Positions 1 through 9,758 of a stretch of DNA of 64,000 bases are shown here, piece after piece. This DNA comes from an uncultured Hyphomicrobiaceae bacterium. GTDB lineage: Bacteria; Pseudomonadota; Alphaproteobacteria; Rhizobiales; CAYWUX01. The notes under the pieces are model-generated. The model saw only the letters and a list, made by a program, of their open reading frames with translations, had not been told where the DNA came from and did no database searches. Within the stretch, counting starts at the first letter, position 1; every line of letters begins with the position of its first letter. The translations under genes and the position numbers were made by a program. The stretch spans positions 9,028-73,027 of the forward strand of contig CAYWUX010000014.1 in NCBI GenBank assembly GCA_964461525.1. Reading direction: 5' to 3'.

Positions 1-154
1 TTTACGAGAGGCTGGCGCAGATCTAAACATTAAAGATAATGAATCCCTAACTGCTCTAGACCTTGCGGCAAATGATCAGGTGAAAGTGGTGTTAACAAGA
101 TAGTTATTAGGTAAGGTGTTATTGAATTTCTGCAGATTGACAGATATTGCAAGT

Positions 155-859
155 TTAGAAATCTGCTAGAAAGTTTGCCAGTGCTTTAAGTTCTCTATCA
201 GAATAGACATTCATCAGCGATGCCTTAGCAGGCGAATTCAAGCGCTTTTTATATTTGAAGGCCAACATCGTAACCTCAAGATAACTGGCTTTTTGACCTG
301 ATAATCGAGGAACACGGCTTCCTCCCTCGTATCCACCTAGGTGGCACTGAACGCATTGTCCAGCAGTGGCAGCTCTTTCAGCGATAAATATATCTTTTTC
401 TGAGGCAGCATCTTCAATACGAGGCCATGTCTGCTCAGAAAAATATTTAGCCAATTCCTTCATTTCGGTCTTTGACAAGTTAGCGGCTATCTCAGTCATG
501 ATCTCATGTTCACGGCGACGCGCTTTGTAGTCCTTTAATTGAGTATAAAGATAAAAAAAATGTTGACCCGCAATGATGGGTACTTTGGGATCCTCCGATA
601 TTCCGTCTTTCCCATGACAGCTCACGCACAACTCTATTTTTTCATTAGTCTCACTCTCCGCCGAATTCACAGGATTTATCCTGTAAAATAGAAGCGCAAT
701 AAAAATAATTACAAATGATGAGACAATCACTATTGGCACTATTGGCACTATTGGCACTATTGGCACTTTTGGCACTTTTGGCACTTTTGGCACTAATGGG
801 CGAGTTGCATTCCCCTGAAAAGTCGATTTTATTTTTATTTTTGGTTTTCGATTAAGCAT
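155..859 (-). CDS. Dihaem cytochrome c4/c553
   Basis: Two CxxCH motifs (CVSCH, CVQCH), 'PIIAGQHFFYLYTQLKDYK' and 'PRLSGQKASYL' c4 signatures, hydrophobic N-terminal anchor; follows the PQQ dehydrogenase on the same strand. Confidence 0.9.
   Translation of the reverse strand: MLNRKPKIKIKSTFQGNATRPLVPKVPKVPKVPIVPIVPIVPIVIVSSFVIIFIALLFYRINPVNSAESETNEKIELCVSCHGKDGISEDPKVPIIAGQHFFYLYTQLKDYKARRREHEIMTEIAANLSKTEMKELAKYFSEQTWPRIEDAASEKDIFIAERAATAGQCVQCHLGGYEGGSRVPRLSGQKASYLEVTMLAFKYKKRLNSPAKASLMNVYSDRELKALANFLADF
732..794. repeat. 9-bp tandem repeat, (ATTGGCACT)x4 + (TTTGGCACT)x3, in frame within the cytochrome N-terminus
   Basis: Read directly; encodes (PKV)3(PIV)4 on the minus strand. Confidence 0.97.
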
Positions 860-887
860 GACAGTTTGCCCCCGTTCCCTTTAAACT

Positions 888-919
888 TAGAGGGGAGTGT
901 CAATTGCACACCCCCTCTA
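888..919 (-). terminator. Stem-loop between the PQQ dehydrogenase and cytochrome c4 genes
   Basis: TAGAGGGGAGTGT...CACACCCCCTCTA inverted repeat just after the dehydrogenase stop; weak U-tract. Confidence 0.55.
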
Positions 920-942
920 GTAGGCTTTTCTTTAATCAATCA

Positions 943-2661
943 TCAGTCGGCAAGTGTGAATGCAATAATATTGTTACCGCGTTTATAGTTCAATTGGGTA
1001 TTTCCCCCAGCTGCTACAACGATATATTGTTTGCCGTCCACAGTATATGACGAGGGAGGCGCATTTACACCGGCACCGGCTTGGAAATTCCAAAGTATTG
1101 AGCCTGTCTCGGCATCATAAGCTTTGAATTGGCCATTACCTTCACCAGTAAACACCAGGCCGCCCGCTGTTGCCAGAACTCCACCAATCATTGGCTGGGG
1201 GGTTCTGACCTTCCATCGAATTTTGCCAGTGTTAAAGTCAACTGCTGTGATATTGCCCCATTGTTCTTCCGTTGGAATGACCTTGAAAGCCCCGCCGAGC
1301 CACAATTTTCCATTGGGATAGGGAGTGCTTTCAACATGGTAAGTCATAGGTTGATGAAGATTGATTGCGTAAACAAGGCCCAGCTGTTCGTTGACCGCCA
1401 TTGGCGACCACTCCACGCCGCCATTGGCACCTGGCAGCATGCGCTTCCCTTCTTTTGTTGGAAGAGTCCACATATCTTCCTGAACTACCATCGCTTCTGA
1501 AAAACGAATTAGGCTGCAATCATCCCGTTTGTGGACATAGACATGTCCTGTTTTGCCACCATGTAAAACACCCGGGACGGTTTGACCATCATTATCTTTG
1601 ACATCGATCAAGATCGTCGGACTTACAGCGTCTAAATCCCAGACGTCGTGCGCAATATATTGATAATGGCAAACATAATTTCCAGTATCGAGTTCGACCG
1701 CCACCATTGAATTGGTATATAAATTATCACCAGGACGAAGCGAACCATCAAGATCAGGCGAAGGATTACCAACAACGAAATAGACGCGTCGGTTTTCTAA
1801 ATCGACAGAAGGATTTTGCCAGACACCCCCTCCAAGAGTCTTGTATGGATCGCCCGTCTTCTTGAGAGCTGCTTTTTCAGCCTCAATATCACGATGCATG
1901 TCACGACCCGTTGCATCATTTTTAGCCCAAACACCCACGGAATCTTCTGGAATTGTATGGAAGGTCCAAAGTAATTTTCCAGTCTTTGCATCGAAAGCTT
2001 TAACAAAACCACGAATACCGTATTCACCGCCGTTAGTGCCGATTAGAACCTTGCCGTCAACAACTGTTGGCGCCATTGTTTCACTATAACCCAGTTCCGG
2101 ATCAGCAATTTGCTCACTCCAAAGAACCTTACCAGTCTTGGAATCCAAAGCTAACAGTTTCGCGTCCAAGGTCCCCATAAAAACCTTGTCGTCATGTATT
2201 GCTACTCCACGATTGTTTGGACCACAGCAAAATGTAGTAATTGGACCCATCTTATGCTTGTAATGCCAAATCTGTTCGCCAGTTTTAGCATCAAGTGCAT
2301 ATACATGATTGAATGCCGTTGTTGCATACATTATGCCATTTACAACAATGGGTGTTGTTTCCATGGTATCTACAACTTCTGTTTGAAATATCCAAGCTGG
2401 CCTGAGTTGCTTTACGTTTGAAACATTAATCTGTCGATTGGGGTAATAACGGGTTTGTTTGTAGTCGCCATTGGTATGAAGATAATTGTTCCCATCGCTT
2501 GCTGCGCGATTCAACATATCCTGCGTTACAACAGACATATCTCCATATAGAGTTGCTTTTTCAACTTCCTGAGCCGATAAGCCTAGGGTAAAAGAAATTG
2601 TTAAGACCGCTAAAACGGAAATTGTACGGAAGACATTTGAAATTGAGCTATAGATATTCAC
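943..2661 (-). CDS. PQQ-dependent dehydrogenase, methanol/ethanol family, with candidate lanthanide-binding D-x-D
   Basis: Vicinal CC ([10 protein letters not shown]), [32 protein letters not shown], repeated Trp-docking motifs, signal peptide; GTG at 2661 follows an AGGGAGG RBS (ORF track starts 2685). Confidence 0.9.
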   Translation of the reverse strand: MNIYSSISNVFRTISVLAVLTISFTLGLSAQEVEKATLYGDMSVVTQDMLNRAASDGNNYLHTNGDYKQTRYYPNRQINVSNVKQLRPAWIFQTEVVDTMETTPIVVNGIMYATTAFNHVYALDAKTGEQIWHYKHKMGPITTFCCGPNNRGVAIHDDKVFMGTLDAKLLALDSKTGKVLWSEQIADPELGYSETMAPTVVDGKVLIGTNGGEYGIRGFVKAFDAKTGKLLWTFHTIPEDSVGVWAKNDATGRDMHRDIEAEKAALKKTGDPYKTLGGGVWQNPSVDLENRRVYFVVGNPSPDLDGSLRPGDNLYTNSMVAVELDTGNYVCHYQYIAHDVWDLDAVSPTILIDVKDNDGQTVPGVLHGGKTGHVYVHKRDDCSLIRFSEAMVVQEDMWTLPTKEGKRMLPGANGGVEWSPMAVNEQLGLVYAINLHQPMTYHVESTPYPNGKLWLGGAFKVIPTEEQWGNITAVDFNTGKIRWKVRTPQPMIGGVLATAGGLVFTGEGNGQFKAYDAETGSILWNFQAGAGVNAPPSSYTVDGKQYIVVAAGGNTQLNYKRGNNIIAFTLAD

Positions 2662-2925
2662 TGTTACCTCCCTAAATTTTTTCACTGCAGTTTCGCAAAG
2701 CAGTTAGACTGTATTCATCTGCTTATATTATTATAAAATTCCAACGTTAATTATAATTGGGGAACAGAAAAAATCTACCTAATTCTAATGAATCTGAGAA
2801 TCGGACAGAGTAGGTAGTTTTCAAAAAGGTATCATTAAACCAGTAAACTCTTTTAAGGAAAACTCCACCAGCGGATCGATTGGAGCGAAAAAATTTCAAA
2901 ACAACTAAATAGTCAGGTAAGGCTT

Positions 2926-3738
2926 ATGCAGGTCCATCTGGGAGATCTAGTTCATTGTTGGCGGGCATTTCGCGGGATTGTTAAGCGGGAATATTTACGC
3001 CTGATCCATCAGAGGACACGATTTTTAGCATCGCTAGTTCGTCCACTGATCTGGCTCATTATTTTCGCTGTTGGATTTCGTTCGATATTAGGCGTTTCAA
3101 TTACACCTCCCTACGAAACATATATCACCTATGACGAATATATTTTGCCAGGGCTGATCGGAATGATCCAACTTTTCAATGGAATGCAGAGTGCCCTTTC
3201 CATGGTCTATGACAGAGAGATGGGATCGATGCGCGTGCTTTTGTCGACTCCGCTTCCACGATGGTTTCTTCTAATTTCGAGACTAACGGCAAGTGTCGTC
3301 ATTTCATTGTTACTCGTATATGCATTCCTGTTATCGGCATTTCTCTTTGGAACGCGCATACCGTTAATCGGATATATTACAGTAATTCCATCACTCTTGT
3401 TGTCTGGTGCCATGTTAGGTGCGCTGGGAATATTGTTGTCGTCGAAAATAGAGCAAATGGAAAATTTTGCTGGCGTCATGAACTTTGTTATTTTTCCTTT
3501 ATTGTTCGCATCTTCCGCTCTTTATCCATTGTGGCGCGTTCGGGAATCAAGTGTAGTTCTTTACTATTTGTGCCAATTGAATCCTTTTACGCATGCTGTC
3601 GAACTAATCCGGTATTCCATGTACGCAAGGGTCAACTCGGAATCATTGATGGTCGTCTCCATTTGCACAATTCTCTTTCTGACAGTCGCTATTTCTAGTT
3701 ACAGTCCCACTCGTTGGTTTAAGTCCTACCGTCGATGA
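2926..3738 (+). CDS. ABC-2 type permease of the PQQ-ADH-associated transporter (PedC/LutF-like)
   Basis: 'FRGIVKRE...RFLASLVRPLIWL...FAVGFRSILG...YETYITYDEYILPGLIGMIQLFNGMQSALSMVYDREMGSMRVLL' typical of this family. Confidence 0.85.
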   Translation: MQVHLGDLVHCWRAFRGIVKREYLRLIHQRTRFLASLVRPLIWLIIFAVGFRSILGVSITPPYETYITYDEYILPGLIGMIQLFNGMQSALSMVYDREMGSMRVLLSTPLPRWFLLISRLTASVVISLLLVYAFLLSAFLFGTRIPLIGYITVIPSLLLSGAMLGALGILLSSKIEQMENFAGVMNFVIFPLLFASSALYPLWRVRESSVVLYYLCQLNPFTHAVELIRYSMYARVNSESLMVVSICTILFLTVAISSYSPTRWFKSYRR

Positions 3739-3740
3739 AT

Positions 3741-4490
3741 TTAAATCTGGACAATTTCCGGATATGCTGCGGCAAGTTTGGCAATGAACCGCTCTTGTAC
3801 TTCAATAGATCTTTGGGCGCGCGGGAAAGGTATATTAATTTGTTGTATTACATGACCTGGAGTGGACGAAAATAGAACCAATTGATCAGCAACGGAGATG
3901 GCTTCGCGAATATTGTGCGTTACCATAATTATGGTCATAGGATTGTCCTCCCATAACCCGACCAACAGCATTCGTAATCTTTGAGCAATATTCTCGTCAA
4001 TTGAAACGAATGGTTCGTCCATTAAAAGGAGTTGTGGTTCAACAGCGAATGCACGAGCTAAAGCCACCCTTCGAGCTTGGCCCAGTGACAATTCAGATGG
4101 AAAACGCTCTCGTAGTTCAGAAAGGCCGAGTGTTTCGAACAGGTCTGACAAATGTTTATGTTTGAGATGCTCCGGTAACGCCAGGCGGACATTTTGTTCG
4201 ACCGTTCTCCAAGGCAGCAGCAATGGATTTTGAAATACTGCGGCCAGTCTCATTTCGTCGGGTAAATTAACTGAACCCGTAAAATTTGGGTCGAGTCCAA
4301 GTAAAATTCTCAAGGTCGAGGTCTTACCGCAACCTGAAGGGCCAATTATACAGGAGAATGACCCCGGTTTAATATCAAACGCGAGATTACGTATAGCAAG
4401 GAATTCTTCGCCATCTGCACTGGAGAAGCGCTTTTCATCTATCCGGATTTCAAACCGGTTTTGTGCGCCAACGGTTAGCTCTTTCTTCAA
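3741..4490 (-). CDS. ABC ATPase, NitT/TauT family
   Basis: Walker A GPSGCGKS-like (GPSGCGKT), signature LSLGQ, Walker B LLLMDEPF, H-loop VTHN. Confidence 0.93.
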   Translation of the reverse strand: MKKELTVGAQNRFEIRIDEKRFSSADGEEFLAIRNLAFDIKPGSFSCIIGPSGCGKTSTLRILLGLDPNFTGSVNLPDEMRLAAVFQNPLLLPWRTVEQNVRLALPEHLKHKHLSDLFETLGLSELRERFPSELSLGQARRVALARAFAVEPQLLLMDEPFVSIDENIAQRLRMLLVGLWEDNPMTIIMVTHNIREAISVADQLVLFSSTPGHVIQQINIPFPRAQRSIEVQERFIAKLAAAYPEIVQI

Positions 4491-5229
4491 TGGGCTGGAC
4501 CAATAAATATTCGATCAAAAGAATGACAATAACGAACGCAAGCGTGTATCCCAGAATAGCTTTGACATCGAATAATTGAAAATAAAGATGAATTTGAAAT
4601 CCAACTCCGTTAGATCGTCCGAGAAGCTCCACTACTAACACAATTTTCCAGATCAATGAAAGTCCTGAACGTGCTGATGCGGCAATGTAAGGATATAGCT
4701 GAGGCAGGATTACATGACGAATGACAGCAAATTGGGAGAAATCATAAACCCTGGCCATATCTTGATATTCAGATAGTAGCGCTCTAGAACCTTCTCTTAA
4801 AGTGACAATAACATTTGGAATTTTGTTAAGAGAAACCGCAATAATAGCTGCTGCTTCAGTCAGACCTATCCATACATATGCAAGAATAATTATAACAAGT
4901 GCAGGCATATTTAAAAACAGAATAATCCACGGATCGGCTAAATTGTCAGCGGTTCTATTTTGGCCAATATAAATTCCAATAGCTGACCCAATAAGCATTG
5001 CTAATATGAAAGCAGCTAAGACCCGCGCCAAAGTCACTGACAAATGATATGGCAATTGGCCTGACAGAATCTCATTAAACATGAATGAAAATACTTCGGT
5101 TGGCCCGGGGAGAACCTCATTCTGAAATATCGCCGCGGTGGAATACCAAATTAAGAAAAAAAACAGAATTGATGCAGTACGCAGATATGAAGCCTTTTTC
5201 AGCGTAGTGCGCGGGCGTTCATGTTCCAT
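4450..5229 (-). CDS. ABC permease, NitT/TauT family
   Basis: Multiple TM helices, EAA-like loop (EYQDMARVYDF), 'ELLGRSNGVGFQI'. Confidence 0.92.
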   Translation of the reverse strand: MEHERPRTTLKKASYLRTASILFFFLIWYSTAAIFQNEVLPGPTEVFSFMFNEILSGQLPYHLSVTLARVLAAFILAMLIGSAIGIYIGQNRTADNLADPWIILFLNMPALVIIILAYVWIGLTEAAAIIAVSLNKIPNVIVTLREGSRALLSEYQDMARVYDFSQFAVIRHVILPQLYPYIAASARSGLSLIWKIVLVVELLGRSNGVGFQIHLYFQLFDVKAILGYTLAFVIVILLIEYLLVQPIEERANRWRTKPV

Positions 5230-6208
5230 CGGTTAAAAAAACCCAGAAAGTTCCTTTCGCCAACTGCGAAGCTGATCCAACTAGTTTCTCTCCTCCAAGC
5301 TTGGCAAGAATGTCGTATATTCTTGCAGTGTCTAGTTGCTCTTCCACCATCGGTCTTTTGGGAATACCTTCTCGAAAACGCAATTTTAGAATCTCAAACG
5401 TTTTATCGTCTTTTGCTTTTGTCAATTCACGCAGCCGGCCCCATTCCAAATCTGAAGTCGCAAGGAGGTTTTTAGCAGACGAGGAGGCTTTGAGAAAACC
5501 CAGGGCAGCGTTCATATTGTTTTTAGCCCAGGTTTCCGAGAATACGTACCCGAGAGCCGAAATCCGACCGTTGGCACCAAGTAACCGTGCCACATCATTA
5601 GCTCCAACTAACCGTCGGAACCCGTTTGCTTCTAATCTGGCAGAAAAATGCCAATAGTTAATGACGGCATCTAGTTCGCCTTGCAGCGCCTTTTTATACA
5701 AAAGAGGAGGTGCTCCAAATATTTGCTCAGTCTGGTCTTTCAGATCTATTCCGTAATCGCGTTTGGCTAGACCGCGTATCAGAAGCCAACTCTTGTCTAA
5801 CGGACCACCTGCGATACCGATTTTTTTACCCTTTAGATCAGCCAATGTTTTTACAGGAGATTTGTTCTCCACCATCAACGCGCCTATTGCCGACGAATAA
5901 GGAACAAAAGCCAGAAGCTTGCCATTTGCGCGTTGTCGCGATACCCAGAGCCAGTCGCTTACGATAAAATCAATATCCCCTGCCTGAAGCGCAAATCTTG
6001 ACGCCTGCGTACTGGCAAAATGGACAATTTCCAATTCAATGCCCTGCGCTTTGTCAAAATTATTATTTTTTATGGTATTTAATTCCCAGTTTACTGTCCC
6101 AAACTTCAAGACGCCAACGCGTACTTTTTGAAACGCATCGGCAGGCCAGCTAACAATCTGGAGCACACAAAATACGACTAAAACCAAAAATCTGGATATC
6201 ACTGACAC
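5219..6208 (-). CDS. NitT/TauT-type periplasmic binding protein, PqqT-like (candidate PQQ uptake)
   Basis: Signal peptide; 'VGVLKFGTVNWEL', 'SDWLWVSRQR', 'GGPLDKSWLL' motifs seen in binding proteins beside PQQ dehydrogenases; overlaps the permease gene. Confidence 0.8.
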   Translation of the reverse strand: MSVISRFLVLVVFCVLQIVSWPADAFQKVRVGVLKFGTVNWELNTIKNNNFDKAQGIELEIVHFASTQASRFALQAGDIDFIVSDWLWVSRQRANGKLLAFVPYSSAIGALMVENKSPVKTLADLKGKKIGIAGGPLDKSWLLIRGLAKRDYGIDLKDQTEQIFGAPPLLYKKALQGELDAVINYWHFSARLEANGFRRLVGANDVARLLGANGRISALGYVFSETWAKNNMNAALGFLKASSSAKNLLATSDLEWGRLRELTKAKDDKTFEILKLRFREGIPKRPMVEEQLDTARIYDILAKLGGEKLVGSASQLAKGTFWVFLTDGT

Positions 6209-6656
6209 CTGAATACTCCTGAAAATTTTTTAATCCGCACTTTCGATTGCGTTGGCAAAATAGTCGGCTCCTGAGCTCAATGTAGTCCCATCCCTATTTC
6301 GAACACTGACTATAGATAAACCCGCACCAGTGTTTCAAAGGTAATATCATAGCACAACACTAAACATATCAGGCATCAAGTGTTTTCCGTGTATATGGCT
6401 GAATTTTTGATTTTCTGAGAATAGCTTTTGGGTTGTTTATTTGAACCACCTTTGGATATTTTGTCGGTGGTGAGCTCAGTCTTTTTACAAGGCAATAGAG
6501 ACGTAAAAAAAATAGTGCTTAAGATTTATAAACAAAGGGGACCGACTAGTTATAATTTCTGGACTTCGAATACACGCTCAATATAGATTTATAAGTATAT
6601 TCATTTAAAGAAACTCTCTTCAATTTCTGATTCGCCAAATTGAAATTTGGAGGATA

Positions 6657-7118
6657 ATGGTTAAAAACATGACGATGGGAATTAGTCGAATTATATTTGT
6701 CGTATTATTCACTTTGAGTGTGGGTATTCCGAATTTTGGTTTCCCGATCAAATCTTCTTATGCCAAGGGAAATATTACAAAACGAGCAATTCGCCTCCCT
6801 CAATTAGAACTACAGGCATCGAAAGGATTCTCCAGAAAAAATTATGAGATCGAAACCGGAGTTTATTATCGCTGGCGAATTAGTAGTGACGGCAAGGAAG
6901 AATACAAACTTTTGGCGCCCGAATTCTTTCGGAATTCATGGATTGATCAAATCTCGATTGAGGATAAGGAAGTCAAGCCATTTGGGCTTTATTCGGTCGA
7001 ATTTGATGATGAAGGAGTAATCGATATTTGGTTTGTGGCAATCCGCCCCGGCAGATATGAGTATTTCGTTGAAGGACTGGCCAATCAGGGATTCAAAGGA
7101 GTCATCAAAGTCGAGTAA
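6657..7118 (+). CDS. Exported cupredoxin-fold protein without copper ligands, PQQ-cluster associated
   Basis: GGAGG RBS, signal peptide, beta-rich 'FVAIRPGRYEYF...GFKGVIKVE' cupredoxin-like C-terminus; no Cys, His or Met in the mature part. Confidence 0.7.
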   Translation: MVKNMTMGISRIIFVVLFTLSVGIPNFGFPIKSSYAKGNITKRAIRLPQLELQASKGFSRKNYEIETGVYYRWRISSDGKEEYKLLAPEFFRNSWIDQISIEDKEVKPFGLYSVEFDDEGVIDIWFVAIRPGRYEYFVEGLANQGFKGVIKVE

Positions 7119-7233
7119 GTATTGATATGTGATTTTATTTTCGTGATGCGAAGCTAAAATTTCTTCTAATACCGATTTATGGTTACAGCAGCTCTTTTTC
7201 AAAAGAGGAAACAAAATTGAAACTCGAATAAAA

Positions 7234-8280
7234 GTGGATAAAACAATTATGTGCCCAACCAGTTTTTTGATCGACTATTCTTACATCAAGCAATTGCGAC
7301 TGAGGTGGGTTATTATTTTTTTAGTTATTTTATTTATTTGTAGTTTTAAGTCTTTTTCTTCTAATGCTAGGGGATCTGGACGAACGATAATCAGCAATGA
7401 AAAAGGAAATACGCTGACAATTCTTGATTCGTCCGACAAGATAATTCAAACAATTGATACGTGCACGCGTCCACGGGGTATGCATTTCAGTGAAAACCGC
7501 AAGCGGTTTTTTGTCGGATGTGGCGATGATTCATTAATAGCCATCTATGATTTGGCGACCCTGGAACTCGTCGGTCGCATCACGAATGTCGCACAACCCG
7601 AAACTTTCGATCTACATCCAAATGGAAAACATCTTTATGTTTCAAATGAGGAGGATGCAACAGTAACCCTTTTTGATGTTACAACTGGAGAACAATTGGC
7701 AGAGTTTGAGACGGGCGAAGAGCCAGAGGGAGTTCAAACTACCTCAGATGGAAAATTTGTATTCGTTGCTTCTGAAGCTGCCAACCTTGTTCATGTAATA
7801 GACGTGGATAAAAATATCGTAGTCAAAGACATTTTGGTTGATACGCGTCCACGCCGGTTTGCCCTGACCCCCGACGAACAAGAGCTTTGGGTTTCTGCTG
7901 AATTGGCAGGTGTCGTCAATATCATTGATATAAAATCACTAAAATTGATCGATGATATTGCTTTTTTGCCAACAGGCTTTCGCAAAGAACAGGTGACTCC
8001 TGTGGACGTCCTCATTACCAAAGATGGCGTTCGCGCTTATGTGGCTCTTGGTCGGGCGAACCATGTGGCCGTTGTTGATGTTAAATCCCGTGAAGTAATC
8101 AAATATATTTTAGTCGGAAAACGCGCCTGGGGCCTAGCGTTAACTCATGACGAGAAAAAACTCTACGTTGCCAATGGACTTTCGGACGATATAACGATTA
8201 TCGACACTGACAATCTTAGGGCAATGAAATCTATTCCTGTTGGATTGGTACCATATGGCATACTTATCGATGATCATTAG
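7234..8280 (+). CDS. YVTN beta-propeller protein, PQQ-catabolism associated (PedA2-like)
   Basis: Repeated 'LYVSNE', 'VFVASE', 'LWVSAE', 'AYVALG', 'LYVANG' blades with P-x-G/PE motifs; start may be ATG 7249. Confidence 0.9.
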   Translation: MDKTIMCPTSFLIDYSYIKQLRLRWVIIFLVILFICSFKSFSSNARGSGRTIISNEKGNTLTILDSSDKIIQTIDTCTRPRGMHFSENRKRFFVGCGDDSLIAIYDLATLELVGRITNVAQPETFDLHPNGKHLYVSNEEDATVTLFDVTTGEQLAEFETGEEPEGVQTTSDGKFVFVASEAANLVHVIDVDKNIVVKDILVDTRPRRFALTPDEQELWVSAELAGVVNIIDIKSLKLIDDIAFLPTGFRKEQVTPVDVLITKDGVRAYVALGRANHVAVVDVKSREVIKYILVGKRAWGLALTHDEKKLYVANGLSDDITIIDTDNLRAMKSIPVGLVPYGILIDDH

Positions 8281-9472
8281 CCGAGTAAGTATCATACTTC
8301 TGTTACTGGCCGGGAGCGCAACCCTGCCCGCTGCCGCACAGGAGGAAGAGTCCGAGTTTGTATTTGCTTACGTCACTCGTGAGGCGGATCCGTTTTATCA
8401 AAAGCAACGAGCTTATACCGGATTAAAATTACGTGAGGCCAAACCCTTGAAAGATGCCGCACTTTTAGCTCTCGGGGAAAGTCGCATTTTGGGCCGCTTG
8501 GCGAGAGTGAAATTCAAACTTGTTGAGATGATGCTGAAGAAATCGGACAACATCTCAACAGCTTTATTGAAGTTACATCGTGAAAGTAACGCTAGCGTAT
8601 ATTTGTTGGATATACCTTTGAATGACTTAATAAGTGCTGGAAGAGCCTTGGCCGGAGAACAAGAGCTTTTGCTGTTTAATATTCGTCACGGGGAAGATTC
8701 TTTGCGAGGTGAAAATTGTTCTCCTGTAATATTTCACACCTATCCTAGCAACGCAATGCTCATGGATTCAATTGCCCAATATTTGGTCAAGAAAAAGTGG
8801 TCCCGGATTCTTGCTCTTCGCGGCTCAATGAAGGAGGACAAACGGCTCACTGAAACATTTGTCCGGTCCGTAAAAAAATTTGGTCTCAATATCGTGGGAA
8901 TAAAGGAATTCACCTTGAGCAATGATCCACGGTTACGAGACCGTACTAATATTTCATTGCTCACGGGCTCGACCAGCTACGACATAATTTTCCTGGCGGA
9001 CACACAAGGTGATTTTGGCCGATATATCCCATACAGCGCATATTATCCCAGACCCGTTGTCGGTTCAGAGGGTCTCAAAGCAAGTGCATGGCATTGGACC
9101 TGGGAACGTCATGGGGCTCCCCAGTTAAATCAGCGGTTCGACCGTCGAACGAAACGGCGAATGAATGGCAGGGATTGGGCATCCTGGATGGCAGTAAGAT
9201 CTGTTACAGAAGCAATTGTTCGGATCAAATCGTCTGATGTTCAGGAAATCAGCAGCTATCTTGTTTCTGAATCCGCAACCTTTGACGGTTATAAAGGAGT
9301 GCCGGTAAATTTTCGCCGCTGGAATAATCAACTCCGGCAGCCAATATTACTTCATGTACATAACGCGGTCATAGCGCGGGCTCCAATTGACGGATTTCTC
9401 CATCGATCTAACACGCTTGATACTTTGGGTCTCGATCATCCAGAGTCAAGTTGCAATTTCCAAGGTAACTAA
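8270..9472 (+). CDS. ABC substrate-binding protein of the PQQ-ADH system (PedA1/LutA-like, LivJ-type fold)
   Basis: Signal peptide; 'WHWTWERHGAPQLNQRF', 'FRRWNNQLRQPILL', 'APIDGFLHRSNTLDTLGLDHPES' family motifs; overlaps the beta-propeller stop (ORF track start 8240). Confidence 0.88.
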   Translation: MIISRVSIILLLLAGSATLPAAAQEEESEFVFAYVTREADPFYQKQRAYTGLKLREAKPLKDAALLALGESRILGRLARVKFKLVEMMLKKSDNISTALLKLHRESNASVYLLDIPLNDLISAGRALAGEQELLLFNIRHGEDSLRGENCSPVIFHTYPSNAMLMDSIAQYLVKKKWSRILALRGSMKEDKRLTETFVRSVKKFGLNIVGIKEFTLSNDPRLRDRTNISLLTGSTSYDIIFLADTQGDFGRYIPYSAYYPRPVVGSEGLKASAWHWTWERHGAPQLNQRFDRRTKRRMNGRDWASWMAVRSVTEAIVRIKSSDVQEISSYLVSESATFDGYKGVPVNFRRWNNQLRQPILLHVHNAVIARAPIDGFLHRSNTLDTLGLDHPESSCNFQGN

Positions 9473-9758
9473 GGATAGAGCCAGAAAAAGCATTTGATAC
9501 TACATCCAGTTAAAGCACCGATAACCAGTTGTCGTCGCGACAAGAAACCCCTGGCCAATATTCGCTAACAGATCATTGTTGAATTTAGTTCTGCTCGACA
9601 ATCCTGAAATTGATCAAATGATTGTTAGTTCGGCCTAAAATTCGAATGTTGTCATCTAGTAATTAATAAAGAGATCATGATTCAATTTTATGACATCAGG
9701 ATTGTTTTAAATACTCGGCTATTCCATGCGAAGATAGTTCCTGGATATTCTTGAGTCT

